From contig JBGPGO010000004.1 of the NCBI GenBank assembly GCA_041483895.1, positions 160,001 to 224,000 of the forward strand: DNA of 64,000 nucleotides. The letters are read 5' to 3'. The notes beneath the pieces are model-generated. The model had not been told where the DNA came from. It ran no database searches and saw only the letters and a program-made list of their open reading frames with translations. Both the position numbers and the translations under genes were made by a program. The stretch is from Fimbriimonadia bacterium (GTDB lineage Bacteria; Armatimonadota; Fimbriimonadia; Fimbriimonadales; JABRVX01). Every line of letters starts with the position of its first letter. The stretch's first letter is position 1. This document shows positions 19,606 through 29,034 of this stretch, in pieces.

Positions 19606-20430
19606 ATGAGAATAGACACCGTGATAAATGAATTGGAAAGAGCCAAAATCGTTCCACCGAGCGGCCACGAATACTGGATGGGACGCGACCTAATGAGTAT
19701 TCTTGATTACGCTTCTTGGGAAAAATTCGAGGCTGTGATTGAAAGAGCCGTCGAAGCATGCAAGAGTCTAGACGAGTCAGTCGACAATCATTTTCGCCGA
19801 ACGGTGAAAAAGATAGAGGCTGCGAAGGGCGCGATGGTGCCCCGGGCGGACTATTAACTCGACAGATGGGCATGCTATCTGGTCGCGATGAACGGCGATT
19901 CATCAAAAAAGCAAGTTGCGATCGCGCAGGCATATTTTGCCGTTCAGACACGTCGTCAGGAACTGAGTGACCAACTCAACGAGGACATGAAACGGCTTTC
20001 ATTGCGCGAGCGAGTCCGGCAAGCACATTTAGCCTTATCAGGAGCGGCAAAGAATGCTGGCGTGATCAGATTCGACCAGTTTTACGCCGCTGGGTATCGG
20101 GGATTGTATGAAATGGGATTGAAAGATATCAAATCGAAGAAGGGTATTCCCGAACATGAGGAACTGATGGACTATGCTGGTCGCGAAGAATTGGCTGCAA
20201 ATGAATTTAAGCTGACTCAGACCGAAGCGAAGCTGAAACGGGAGAACGTCTCTGATGAATTGGCCGCCAGAGATGTCCACAAGAAGGTAGGAGCCGAAAT
20301 CCGCACAGCAATCGAAAACGTCGGCGGCACCATGCCTGAAGATCTGCCGGCAGAACCGCCCATCAAGAGCATTCGCGAAAACGTCAGGAAGGCGTTACCA
20401 AAGTCGCCGTCACGAAAAAAGAACGAGTAG
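19606..20430 (+). pseudogene. dinD: DNA damage-inducible protein D (Bro-N-like) with in-frame TAA at 19855-19857
   Basis: EYWMGRDLM..L.Y..WEKF; DY*LDRWACYLVAMNGD..K..VA.AQAYFAVQTRRQE; EELAANEF..TQTE; GGTMPEDLP. Confidence 0.88.
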
Positions 20431-20440
20431 GCGCCGCCTT

Positions 20441-20908
20441 TCAACTATAGATGAATGAATAGTAGTCCCAGTCCGGATCGGTCGCCATGCGGATGAAGGC
20501 GATCTGGCCCGAGTGATAATAGTCCTCCGAGCTGAGATATGTGATCGCCCTGCCGAGTTTCATCGGCATATCCCACAGACTGACTTCGGTATCGAGCGGG
20601 GTGTTTTGGTATCTCTGCTTGAGGAAGGCAAGCAGCTTTTCGTGCGATGCGGAAAGCATCATCCGGAGCTGATCGAGGTCGGTTTCTTCCACCTCAATCG
20701 AAGACCAGTCGGAATCGGCGCCGGCCTCCATCGACGCTTGGGCGGTCCTGTCCACCCACAGCATGTGCGCCACCGTTTCCCGCGCGCTCTTGCATTCCGG
20801 GTACGGCTTCCACTCCCACTGTTCTTCCGTCAGCCCTTCCATATGCCTCAAGAAGTGGGCGCGCGACGCCTGCTTTGCCTCGACTAGGTCCAGCGGTCCA
20901 AACGGCAT
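20441..20908 (-). CDS. DinB family protein
   Basis: GLTEEQWEWKP...SARETVAHM...EDYYHSGQI. Confidence 0.85.
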   Translation of the reverse strand: MPFGPLDLVEAKQASRAHFLRHMEGLTEEQWEWKPYPECKSARETVAHMLWVDRTAQASMEAGADSDWSSIEVEETDLDQLRMMLSASHEKLLAFLKQRYQNTPLDTEVSLWDMPMKLGRAITYLSSEDYYHSGQIAFIRMATDPDWDYYSFIYS

Positions 20909-20917
20909 GCCCGTATT

Positions 20918-22177
20918 CTACTCGGCCAAGCGCAGTCCGATAAAGCCTTGGCGATAGGAAGGGAAATACCAATTCCGGAAAGTGCGGCGGAGGATCGGGG
21001 CGGCCGTCACCCAGGACCCGCCCCGGCAGACGAAATGCCTGCCATCCATGTGGTCTTTCGAGTAGCCGTCATACGGGAACGCCTCGAAGCCTGGATAAGG
21101 GAGGAATTTGGACGAGGTCCATTCCCACACGGAGCCGGCCATGTTGGTTGCGCCGAATGCGTTGGGCGCGCCGGCGCCGACCGATTGCGGCTGCCAGGCA
21201 TTTGCGCCGAAGTCCGCTTTGTCCGGTGTCGGCTCATCGTTGCCCCAGGGATAGCGGCGGCCGTCCGGGGATGCGGCGAACTCCCATTCTTCTTCTGTTG
21301 GCATGCGTTTCCCAGTCCATCGGCAATACGCCTCGGCCTCATACCAACTGATCCCGGCAACCGGCTCGTCGGGGTGGATCGCCCGCAGTCCTTGGGGTCC
21401 GAAGAGATAGAAATCGCCATCGAGAACGACCCAATATTCCGGCAGCGTTGCTTTTTCTTGCTCCCGCCATTGCCATCCCGCGTCGCTCCATAAGCCCTTT
21501 TGGAGGTACCCATAGTCTTCGACGAACGTGGACCATTCGTACGCGGTCACAGGGGTCTTAGCCAAGCGGAAGGGCGCCACTTCGACCGAGTGGGCGCGCT
21601 TTTCGTTATCATAACCGCTCGGTTCGTTGGAGCCCATTTCGAACACGCCGCCGGGGAGCTCGACAAATTCGGTTTTGCGATCGGATTTCCATTCGATCGG
21701 TTGCGGAACGCCCTCGATGCCCTTGTGTTGATGGATGAGATGCAGCATCTCCAGGATCGTTTCCTGATGCTGGCACTCGTGCTGATAGGCGAAATCCCAC
21801 GCGTATCCGTCGCACAGAAACGGATTGTCCGATGCCAAATCCGCCGCCTCCAGTGCATCCAAAGTGGCTTTTCTTGTGGAGTTCAGGTACTCGACAAGAC
21901 CGGCTCGGTCTGGGATGTTGACGCGGTTGTCCTTCGGGTTATCCGGCGTATCGGCGAGGATGAAGCTGAGGAACTCATCTTGGCAGGGTAATCCCAACGC
22001 GCGCACCACAATCCAATGCTCCTCTGTTCGCGCGATGTGCCCAAAATGCCACCCCACCGGGCTATAGAAATCATGAATCCGCACGCGCAGGATGTCATCC
22101 GGGATGCTGTTTAGGAGCGCAAGCGTCTTGGCGCGCGCGGCCTGCATCGCCCCGCGGATCTGGTCCTTCCGGTTCAT
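20918..22177 (-). CDS. SUMF1/EgtB/PvdO family non-heme iron enzyme (DinB_2 + FGE-sulfatase)
   Basis: SPVGWHFGHI, QHECQHQE metal motif, GISWYEAEAY...RMPTEEEWE, GSVWEWTSS, RGGSW, FRNWY. Confidence 0.9.
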   Translation of the reverse strand: MNRKDQIRGAMQAARAKTLALLNSIPDDILRVRIHDFYSPVGWHFGHIARTEEHWIVVRALGLPCQDEFLSFILADTPDNPKDNRVNIPDRAGLVEYLNSTRKATLDALEAADLASDNPFLCDGYAWDFAYQHECQHQETILEMLHLIHQHKGIEGVPQPIEWKSDRKTEFVELPGGVFEMGSNEPSGYDNEKRAHSVEVAPFRLAKTPVTAYEWSTFVEDYGYLQKGLWSDAGWQWREQEKATLPEYWVVLDGDFYLFGPQGLRAIHPDEPVAGISWYEAEAYCRWTGKRMPTEEEWEFAASPDGRRYPWGNDEPTPDKADFGANAWQPQSVGAGAPNAFGATNMAGSVWEWTSSKFLPYPGFEAFPYDGYSKDHMDGRHFVCRGGSWVTAAPILRRTFRNWYFPSYRQGFIGLRLAE

Positions 22178-22201
22178 GCCATAGGTATACTCCATGCCGT
22201 T

Positions 22202-23458
22202 GTGGAGAAGCCCCGCCGCAAGCTGTCCAATGTCGTCAATTCCCCGCAAGCCGTCATCTTTCTCACTGTTTTTCTCGATCTATTCGCTTTTGCGTTAGTG
22301 CTGCCGAAGCTGCAACTGTACGCCAATGACCTGGGCGCGAGAGGGGCGGTTCGTGGCGCGCTGATCTCCAGCTATGCGTTCATGGGATTTATCTTCGCGC
22401 CGATTTGGGGCCGGTTGTCCGATCGAGTGGGCCGTCGTCCGGTGATCATGTGGTGCGTGGTTGGCTCGCTCCTCTCCTTTATCATGCTTGCATTCTCCCG
22501 AACCCTTCCCCTCCTGTTTATGTCGCGCGCTATCGGAGGGATGGCGGCCGGAAACATCTCGGCGGCACAAGCCTATCTCGCCGACATCACCCCCAAGGAG
22601 AAACGAACGAAGGCGATGGGAATGCTCGGCGCCGCTTTTGGATTGGGCTTCATATTCGGCCCGGGGATCGGGGGGGTGCTGGGCAAATGGGGCGATCATG
22701 TGTTGGGCGGCCACGGGGGCATTGTCTTTCTTGGCGTCGGCGGCGGCATCGTGTGCGTTGTCAATCTAATTTGGGTGTTGCGATTTTTGCCCGAGTCGCG
22801 AATCCACGTGCCGAGCGAAGGGATCCTCGGAACAAGCGTACTGCGGACGGTGCTGGAAAGTCCTCGGCTGTTGACGCTCCTGCTGCTATTTGCCGCCATC
22901 AACTTCGCATGGTCGAACATGGAATCCACGTTCATCATCATGATCTATAAGAAGCACGGATGGCGCGATGACATGGGGGCGTTCTTGCTCGCGTATGTGG
23001 GCATTTTGACGGCGATTATTTATGGTGTGGTCGTGCATCGGGTGTCAAAGGCAATCGGTGACGGTCCCACCCTGCGATTGGGGGCGTTTTTGGCGATTCC
23101 GGGCTTGGCGTTGCTGTCGTGGGCGCCCAATCTTGGGTTGCTGATGCTTGTGATGTTGGTGCTGGCTCTTAGCGGCGGGCTGGGTAACCCGACGCTGCAG
23201 AGCATCGTGTCCAGGACCGCGCCTCCGGATATCCAGGGAGGGATTTTTGGGGTGGTGCAGGGGATTGGGAGTTTTTGCAGGATTGTGGGGCCGCTCGTTG
23301 GCAACACCTTGATCGAGAAGAACGTGCAGTATCCCTATTCCCTGGCAGGAGCGGTCGTGGCCGGGGCGTTTGTGGCTACGCTGTTTGTGCCGTTACCGGG
23401 GCGGGAGGCCATCGCCGCCGGCGCGGGACCAATGGCGGCGGAGCTGACCGATGAATAG
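22202..23458 (+). CDS. MFS transporter (TetA/DHA1-like)
   Basis: IFLTVFLD, GRLSDRVGRRP, AQAYLADIT, GAAFGLGFIFGP; multiple TM helices. Confidence 0.92.
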   Translation: MEKPRRKLSNVVNSPQAVIFLTVFLDLFAFALVLPKLQLYANDLGARGAVRGALISSYAFMGFIFAPIWGRLSDRVGRRPVIMWCVVGSLLSFIMLAFSRTLPLLFMSRAIGGMAAGNISAAQAYLADITPKEKRTKAMGMLGAAFGLGFIFGPGIGGVLGKWGDHVLGGHGGIVFLGVGGGIVCVVNLIWVLRFLPESRIHVPSEGILGTSVLRTVLESPRLLTLLLLFAAINFAWSNMESTFIIMIYKKHGWRDDMGAFLLAYVGILTAIIYGVVVHRVSKAIGDGPTLRLGAFLAIPGLALLSWAPNLGLLMLVMLVLALSGGLGNPTLQSIVSRTAPPDIQGGIFGVVQGIGSFCRIVGPLVGNTLIEKNVQYPYSLAGAVVAGAFVATLFVPLPGREAIAAGAGPMAAELTDE

Positions 23459-24767
23459 CACGACGAAGCGCAAGCACGGGGTGTACGACACGCCGGAATG
23501 GCTGGCGCGGCAGGTCCTTGATGGTGCGCTGTCTCGATTGGGCCGCTCTCCATTGCGGGTGTTGGATCCGTCTGTCGGCAAGGGCGTCTTTTTGCGCGTC
23601 GCGTCTTCCCTGCCCGCCGAGCTAGTGGGTTGGGAGTTGGATCCCGATCGGGCGTCATGCGTTCCTCACGGCAACATCCATGTTGGGGACTTTCTTGCGG
23701 CGCCGACGGACGATGCTTATGATATGGTGATCGGGAATCCGCCGTGGGTGTCCTATTCCGGCCGGCATGCGCAAGAGGGGCGGTTGGAGGAGTATGCGGG
23801 CGGGTGGAAGTCGCTGCATTCGGCGTTCATCGAGAAGGCGGCGCGGCATTTGGCGCCGGGCGGGGTGCTTGGATTTGTCGTGCCTTGGACGGTGGCGCAT
23901 CAGCGTGGGTATGCGCGGTTGCGTGGGGCGTTGGCGTCTATGGGGGAATTGGAATTTGTGACTCCTACGCAGGACGGATTTGCGGACGTAACGATGCCGT
24001 ATTGCATTCTGTATCTTCGACGCTGCGAGAGTATTACGGCCCCCTGTAGCCGCGGGTCCGCATGCTGGCCACGTCCCGATTGCCAATCCCTTGAGCCCGC
24101 GGAATCACCAATCCCTTCACAGTCGTACCCCGAAGGGATAGTTGAAGCTCCCGCGGGCCTCACCGTTCGGCAGGCGGAAGGTGGTCGGCATGCGGACCCG
24201 CGGCTACAGGGTGGGGGTTTTCCTGCTGGCCAACAAATCTTCGGCGACCCGGGTGTGCATACGGGCAACGCGCGGGAATTGATCCTGTCCGCGACGCCGC
24301 GGGACGGTTGGGTTGCGGTGCGGGAAGGGAAAGACTTGACGGCCTATCACCTCCGGCCCCCGGCCCTGTTCGTCGACCCCGATCCAAGCCTTCCCTCCAG
24401 CCGCTATGCGCGGGTCGGGCAGGCGGAGCGTTATCTTTCGACACCGATCCTGATTCGCCAGACCGCGACACGGCCCATCGCGGCGGTGCACGACGAGCCG
24501 GCCTTTTTCCGCAACAGCATCCTCGCCTGTTATGGCCTGCCGGGCCATAGCCCCTACTATCTGGTCGCCCTTCTCAACAGCCGGGCAATGGCGTTCTTCC
24601 ATCGGGTTATCAATCCCGATTCGCGGCAGTCGGTGTTTCCCCAGGTGAAGGTCTCGGCTCTCGCCCGGTTGCCGATTCCGGTTCTTGCGCCAGCAATAGA
24701 GCTAAGAGGGTTGTTTGCGCTGGCGAAGAATTGGCTGAGCGGCGAAGCAGTTGAGATCGATGCCTGA
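23451..24767 (+). CDS. N6-adenine DNA methyltransferase with TaqI-like C-terminal domain; contains an internal REP insertion
   Basis: GVYDTP, VLDPSVGKGVF (motif I), IGNPPW (motif IV), ILIRQT...YYLVALLNS...FPQVKVSALARLPIP. Confidence 0.82.
   Translation: MNSTTKRKHGVYDTPEWLARQVLDGALSRLGRSPLRVLDPSVGKGVFLRVASSLPAELVGWELDPDRASCVPHGNIHVGDFLAAPTDDAYDMVIGNPPWVSYSGRHAQEGRLEEYAGGWKSLHSAFIEKAARHLAPGGVLGFVVPWTVAHQRGYARLRGALASMGELEFVTPTQDGFADVTMPYCILYLRRCESITAPCSRGSACWPRPDCQSLEPAESPIPSQSYPEGIVEAPAGLTVRQAEGGRHADPRLQGGGFPAGQQIFGDPGVHTGNARELILSATPRDGWVAVREGKDLTAYHLRPPALFVDPDPSLPSSRYARVGQAERYLSTPILIRQTATRPIAAVHDEPAFFRNSILACYGLPGHSPYYLVALLNSRAMAFFHRVINPDSRQSVFPQVKVSALARLPIPVLAPAIELRGLFALAKNWLSGEAVEIDA
24042..24211. 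repeat. GTAG-type REP doublet (about 170 bp) with 24-bp terminal inverted repeats, inside the methyltransferase CDS
   Basis: CCCTGTAGCCGCGGGTCCGCATGC (24042-24065) / GCATGCGGACCCGCGGCTACAGGG (24188-24211). Confidence 0.85.
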
Positions 24768-25758
24768 CATCTGTTGGACTATGCTGGCCGTATTGATCGG
24801 CGGCTCGCTCTTCGACTGGATCACGGGCTGTCGAGTACGACGTCGCGCCCTAGAACGATGTCCCAAATGCAGATCGCTAATGTCCTGTTCCTTTGATTGG
24901 GATGTGGACGAATGGGAATGCCCGAAGTGTTCTCATGAAGATATTGCCCGTTCGGAATCTCCCGTACAGAATCGAGCGATGGAAGTGTTGGATCGGTTGG
25001 CGCTGGGCGATCGACGCGCCAAGGCCATAATGGTTCGTCGGCTTGCATCGGGACTGACGCCGGAGCGAGCCCTCGCTCTGGTTCGGGAATCGAAACGTAT
25101 TTTTCAGCCGGCTGGCTCGAAAAAGCTAGGCCTGATTTTGGCATTGTTATCTATAGGCGGGTTGATTGGCGTGGGCTTCTCCAATCCTTCGTCGGTACTT
25201 GAGCGCATTTTCATATTTCCAGCCGCGGTTTCATTTTTGGTTTTGGCCTTGACACATATACGGCCACGCGATTGGCTCAAGGTGAGCGAAAACATCCGGG
25301 AAATCACGCTACTGAACTCACAACCTACGGCGGCTGGATATCTTGCGACCTTGGCGCAAAAGAATGACTCGGCAGCAATCGTTAGCTATTTGCGGCTGGC
25401 CAAGACTGTTTCAATTAAGGAACTGCAGGAGTTGCCGAGCAGCGAAATTGTGCCGGTGGAACGCCTTGTGATCCGAAGAGCGCGTCGAGGGGATTGGGAC
25501 CTCGTCGGGGCGTCGATGCGGATACTCTCGAACACGTCGCGCCAGCAATCAATATCCTGTTTGTCTCGCATGGCCGGCAAGGCGAACGCGCCCATGAAGA
25601 TTCGCGAGCAAGCGACCGAAGCCATTCAGGCCATCGAGGCCAATATTGCGAAGCTTGAATCCACCCAAAACCTCCTTCGCGCCGCCGTTTCGACCGAACA
25701 TCAGCCAGAACAGCTCCTGCGGCGAACGGATCATGGTTCTGATCCCGACCTACAATAA
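24760..25758 (+). CDS. Hypothetical membrane protein: Zn ribbon, TM helices, HEAT-like repeats, LLR tail
   Basis: CPKC...WECPKC; hydrophobic hairpin; C-terminal QNLLRAAVSTEHQPEQLLRR. Confidence 0.7.
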   Translation: MPDICWTMLAVLIGGSLFDWITGCRVRRRALERCPKCRSLMSCSFDWDVDEWECPKCSHEDIARSESPVQNRAMEVLDRLALGDRRAKAIMVRRLASGLTPERALALVRESKRIFQPAGSKKLGLILALLSIGGLIGVGFSNPSSVLERIFIFPAAVSFLVLALTHIRPRDWLKVSENIREITLLNSQPTAAGYLATLAQKNDSAAIVSYLRLAKTVSIKELQELPSSEIVPVERLVIRRARRGDWDLVGASMRILSNTSRQQSISCLSRMAGKANAPMKIREQATEAIQAIEANIAKLESTQNLLRAAVSTEHQPEQLLRRTDHGSDPDLQ

Positions 25759-25777
25759 CAGGTAGGACGGAGCCATT

Positions 25778-26791
25778 GTGTATACATCTGACCTCGATAG
25801 CATCATTGACGCTTCATTTCTGAGCGTGATCGGATATCTGCTTTGCCGATCGCTCCACCAGCAGATCCGAAGCCATCGCGCGTGGAGAAAGTGTCCGCAT
25901 TGCCGCTATCTGATGCATTGCGAAATGGACTGGTCAACTGACCACTGGCATTGCGGTCGATGCGCGTATGCGAACGATGAGCCACAGGTCGAGATTTGGC
26001 CGGATCGGGCGGCAAGCATTCTCGACCGGGTTGCCGCGTTGGGCCCCATCCTTGCGACACGATCAGTCGATCGGCTGGGGTCAACTCTCAATAATGTTCG
26101 GGCGGCGGCGATCAACCGGGCGGCTGCCGAGATGTGCCATGACCTGACTCGAGCCTGGACGAAGACCCTGATTCTTCTTGTCATCCCTTTACTCTTTGTG
26201 TTTGGCTTGATCGACTACTGGACGCCGGGCCTGCTGCCTTCCAAATTGCTGCGTATTGCAGCCTTTACATACCTGGTGTCTGATTTTGTCTTGGGCTTTC
26301 GACCCAAGGCCTGGATGCGAGACGTGGACCTGGCAGCCTTGGAAATCATCGCCGCCAATCCGCAGCCCTCGTGCATCGGATACTTGGCGTCCGCTGCTCG
26401 AGGCAGACGTGGTTCGAAAGCGGCCCTCACCCTCGTTCAGCTTTCCGAACGGATCGATGTGAGGAATCTGCGAGTCGCTCCATCGAGCCACCTGCAGGCG
26501 TTGCTTGCGCTGATACATAAAAAGGCACGGAAAAAGGAGTGGACAATAGTTGCCGCGTGCATTCGGATCCTTAGCAAATCAACCCACCGTCCCTCGGTCG
26601 CCAGCCTTGTTCACCTTACCGCGAACAAGGGCACACCCGATGACATCCGCGAGCAGGCTGCATCGGCGATTCAGGCGATTGAGGCGAACATCGCCCGCGA
26701 GGAATCCATGCAAAACCTCCTCCGCGCCGCGTCGCCGACTGAGACCGATCCGGATCAGCTCCTTCGCTCCACCGATTCCGATATTACGTAG
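25778..26791 (+). CDS. Tandem paralog of 24760..25758
   Basis: CPHC...WHCGRC; shared IREQA..AIQAIEANIA..ES.QNLLRAA...P.QLLR. Confidence 0.72.
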   Translation: MYTSDLDSIIDASFLSVIGYLLCRSLHQQIRSHRAWRKCPHCRYLMHCEMDWSTDHWHCGRCAYANDEPQVEIWPDRAASILDRVAALGPILATRSVDRLGSTLNNVRAAAINRAAAEMCHDLTRAWTKTLILLVIPLLFVFGLIDYWTPGLLPSKLLRIAAFTYLVSDFVLGFRPKAWMRDVDLAALEIIAANPQPSCIGYLASAARGRRGSKAALTLVQLSERIDVRNLRVAPSSHLQALLALIHKKARKKEWTIVAACIRILSKSTHRPSVASLVHLTANKGTPDDIREQAASAIQAIEANIAREESMQNLLRAASPTETDPDQLLRSTDSDIT

Positions 26792-26818
26792 ACAAATGAG
26801 CGTCGGGGATGCAAATAA

Positions 26819-26852
26819 ACGCAAAATGCGTAATAATGTACGTATGATGCGT
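26819..26852 (+). promoter_or_regulatory. Putative autoregulatory operator pair of the HTH-MNT/HEPN module
   Basis: Palindrome ACGCA-AAA-TGCGT (26819-26831) and near copy ACGTA-TGA-TGCGT (26840-26852) over the start codon. Confidence 0.5.
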
Positions 26853-27488
26853 AAAACCGGATTTCTGGACGCGATTATGCCTCGGATACGCCAGAAGTTG
26901 CTGGCCACAACGATCCTCCAACCGGATCGATCGTGGTACTTGAGCGAACTAGCGAGTCACCTGGCAGTACGACCATCTAGCCTGCAAAGGGAGCTGGCGT
27001 CCTTATCCGATGCCGTAATCTTGACGAAGTCTCAAGACGGAAACCGGACGTACTACCGCGCCAATACCGAGAATCCGCTCTTTCCCGATCTCGAAGGGCT
27101 GCTGCGAAAGACGATTGGCCTGGCTGACGTTTTGAGGAGCGCTCTTTTCTCGGTCGCGGAAGGCGTTGATTTTGCGTTCGCATTCGGCTCCTTTGGTCGC
27201 GGCGATCCTAGCGTTTCAAGCGATATCGATCTATTTGTCGTAGGCAAAGTGCCGCTATCCGAACTGGCATCGCCCTTGCGGATCGCAGAGGTCGAGCTTC
27301 AAAGAAGCATCAATCCTGTCGTCATGGCCCAGGACGAACTGATTTCGCGGTTGGCAAATCGAGATCATTTCGTTGCGCAGGTGCTGACAACTCAGCGATT
27401 GTTCATAATTGGGGACGAAAATGACCTGGCAAACGCTCTTGAAGTCCCGAAAGGTACAGCAACACGTCACAAGCAAACAAGAGCTTGA
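26844..27488 (+). CDS. HTH-fused minimal nucleotidyltransferase (MNT) antitoxin
   Basis: YLSELASHL...SLQREL..L HTH; FGSFGRGD...SDIDL (GS-x10-DxD). Confidence 0.85.
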   Translation: MMRKTGFLDAIMPRIRQKLLATTILQPDRSWYLSELASHLAVRPSSLQRELASLSDAVILTKSQDGNRTYYRANTENPLFPDLEGLLRKTIGLADVLRSALFSVAEGVDFAFAFGSFGRGDPSVSSDIDLFVVGKVPLSELASPLRIAEVELQRSINPVVMAQDELISRLANRDHFVAQVLTTQRLFIIGDENDLANALEVPKGTATRHKQTRA

Positions 27489-27873
27489 TGACCTCCGCGC
27501 TGTGATCCATCGCGATCTCGCAGACGCCGCCGTTGCGGGTCTTTCGCAAGACCGGAGGTTTGCTACGGCCTATAACGCGGTCCCCCAAGTCTCAAAGATG
27601 GTGATCGCATGTTCGGGTTACCGGGTCCTGGGACAGGCACATCATCAAACAACGTTCGTCGCATTGGACATTGCGATGGGACCAGCCGTGTCGCAGATTG
27701 CGATCTACTTTGATGTTTGCAGACGAAAACGAAACCTCATCGAGTACTTTGCCGCTCATAAGTCAACGAAATCTGAGTCGGATGATCTTGTGGAACAGGC
27801 AGAGAAATTCCTTGCGATGGGGGAGGAGTGGATTGAGTTGAATTTCCCCCAGTTCAAGGCAGATTCCCCGTAG
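27421..27873 (+). CDS. HEPN-like toxin partner
   Basis: RDLADA...F..AYNA...GYR...HH...RRKRN; overlaps the MNT gene. Confidence 0.75.
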   Translation: MTWQTLLKSRKVQQHVTSKQELDDLRAVIHRDLADAAVAGLSQDRRFATAYNAVPQVSKMVIACSGYRVLGQAHHQTTFVALDIAMGPAVSQIAIYFDVCRRKRNLIEYFAAHKSTKSESDDLVEQAEKFLAMGEEWIELNFPQFKADSP

Positions 27874-28242
27874 TGTGCGGCTTGTTTGAGCTACTCCTGA
27901 TCCGGACCACCTTCTTCACTCGACCGAATCCGATTCATGATGGATAGCAATTGGCCGTTCAGTGGTTCAGGAGTCGCAAAATTGCATTACTAAAACGAAG
28001 ACCAGTGATAGACGATACAGATATAAAGCAATTCTGCGACGCAGGTTGCAAAAATGCGCGAATTCGACCCTTGCAATATCGAAAAGATGCCGTATACTCA
28101 AGTTCAATTGTTAGAAAACGGTACCTATCCGGGCCAAATCAGAGGCCGGAGAGCGATCCCGGCAAGGGCAGCGGGATCCATTTGTTGATGTTGATTTTCA
28201 TCCCGACCTTATGGATTTAATTTATGACCATGGAGGAAAGGG

Positions 28243-28890
28243 ATGTATCGAAAACTTTCAGTCGTCGCTCTGGCGACGATCTTTGCAACTGCATCGCAGG
28301 CCGCACCGCTTTTTTCGGGACTTGCGTTTTTCAGCCAAGGGCCATTTACACAAATGGGTGGGATTAACGGATCCCTCTCAATTGTTAATCTCCCGAACGG
28401 ATTCAACATCACCGGCAACATCACGATCAATACCGGCCCCGGATTCGTTGGGGGGACATTGCTGTCCTGGACGGTCGATCGGCCACTCGATCCGAGCTAT
28501 GGCACGGGAATCCTGTCGACAACGACCTATCTTTTCGGATTTTCTCAACCGCCGTCACTTGGCACCTTCGGCAACACGTCTGGGATCTCACAGAGCGAGT
28601 TTACGAACTTCGTTGGACCTTCGACCTCCACGATTCCGTTGAATCTCACCGCAGGCGCGCAAACGTGGAACAACATCTTTAGCAGCGGTCCGTTCGTTTA
28701 CACATCCGGTGGAACGAACTACTTGCGTCAGCGGTTCGACCTCGACGGCATTCAGCTTTCGGGACCGGGCGGCAATTGGGTCGTTGATGTTCCCTTGACG
28801 ACGACCGTTGATGTGGTTCCGGAGCCGACCAGCTTGGCGGCGATCTTCGCCGGTATCGGAGCGTTTGCGATTCGACGACGACGCGCCTAG
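28243..28890 (+). CDS. PEP-CTERM sorted surface protein
   Basis: Signal peptide; C-terminal VPEPTSLAAIFAGIGAFAIRRRRA; GGAGG RBS. Confidence 0.92.
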   Translation: MYRKLSVVALATIFATASQAAPLFSGLAFFSQGPFTQMGGINGSLSIVNLPNGFNITGNITINTGPGFVGGTLLSWTVDRPLDPSYGTGILSTTTYLFGFSQPPSLGTFGNTSGISQSEFTNFVGPSTSTIPLNLTAGAQTWNNIFSSGPFVYTSGGTNYLRQRFDLDGIQLSGPGGNWVVDVPLTTTVDVVPEPTSLAAIFAGIGAFAIRRRRA

Positions 28891-28906
28891 CCTTTGAGAA
28901 ATTCGG

Positions 28907-28941
28907 AAGGCCGAACCGATGCAAATTCGGTTCGGCCTTTG
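28907..28941 (+). terminator. Intrinsic terminator-like hairpin
   Basis: AAGGCCGAACCGA / TCGGTTCGGCCTT stem just after the stop codon; short T tract. Confidence 0.6.
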
Positions 28942-29034
28942 CTCTTGCATCTCACAAATCTTCGTAGCCACAGTCTGTGAGAGTAGATTGGCCGGGAAAC
29001 GACATGGATATCAGAATCGGCTAGACTCGCTGCC

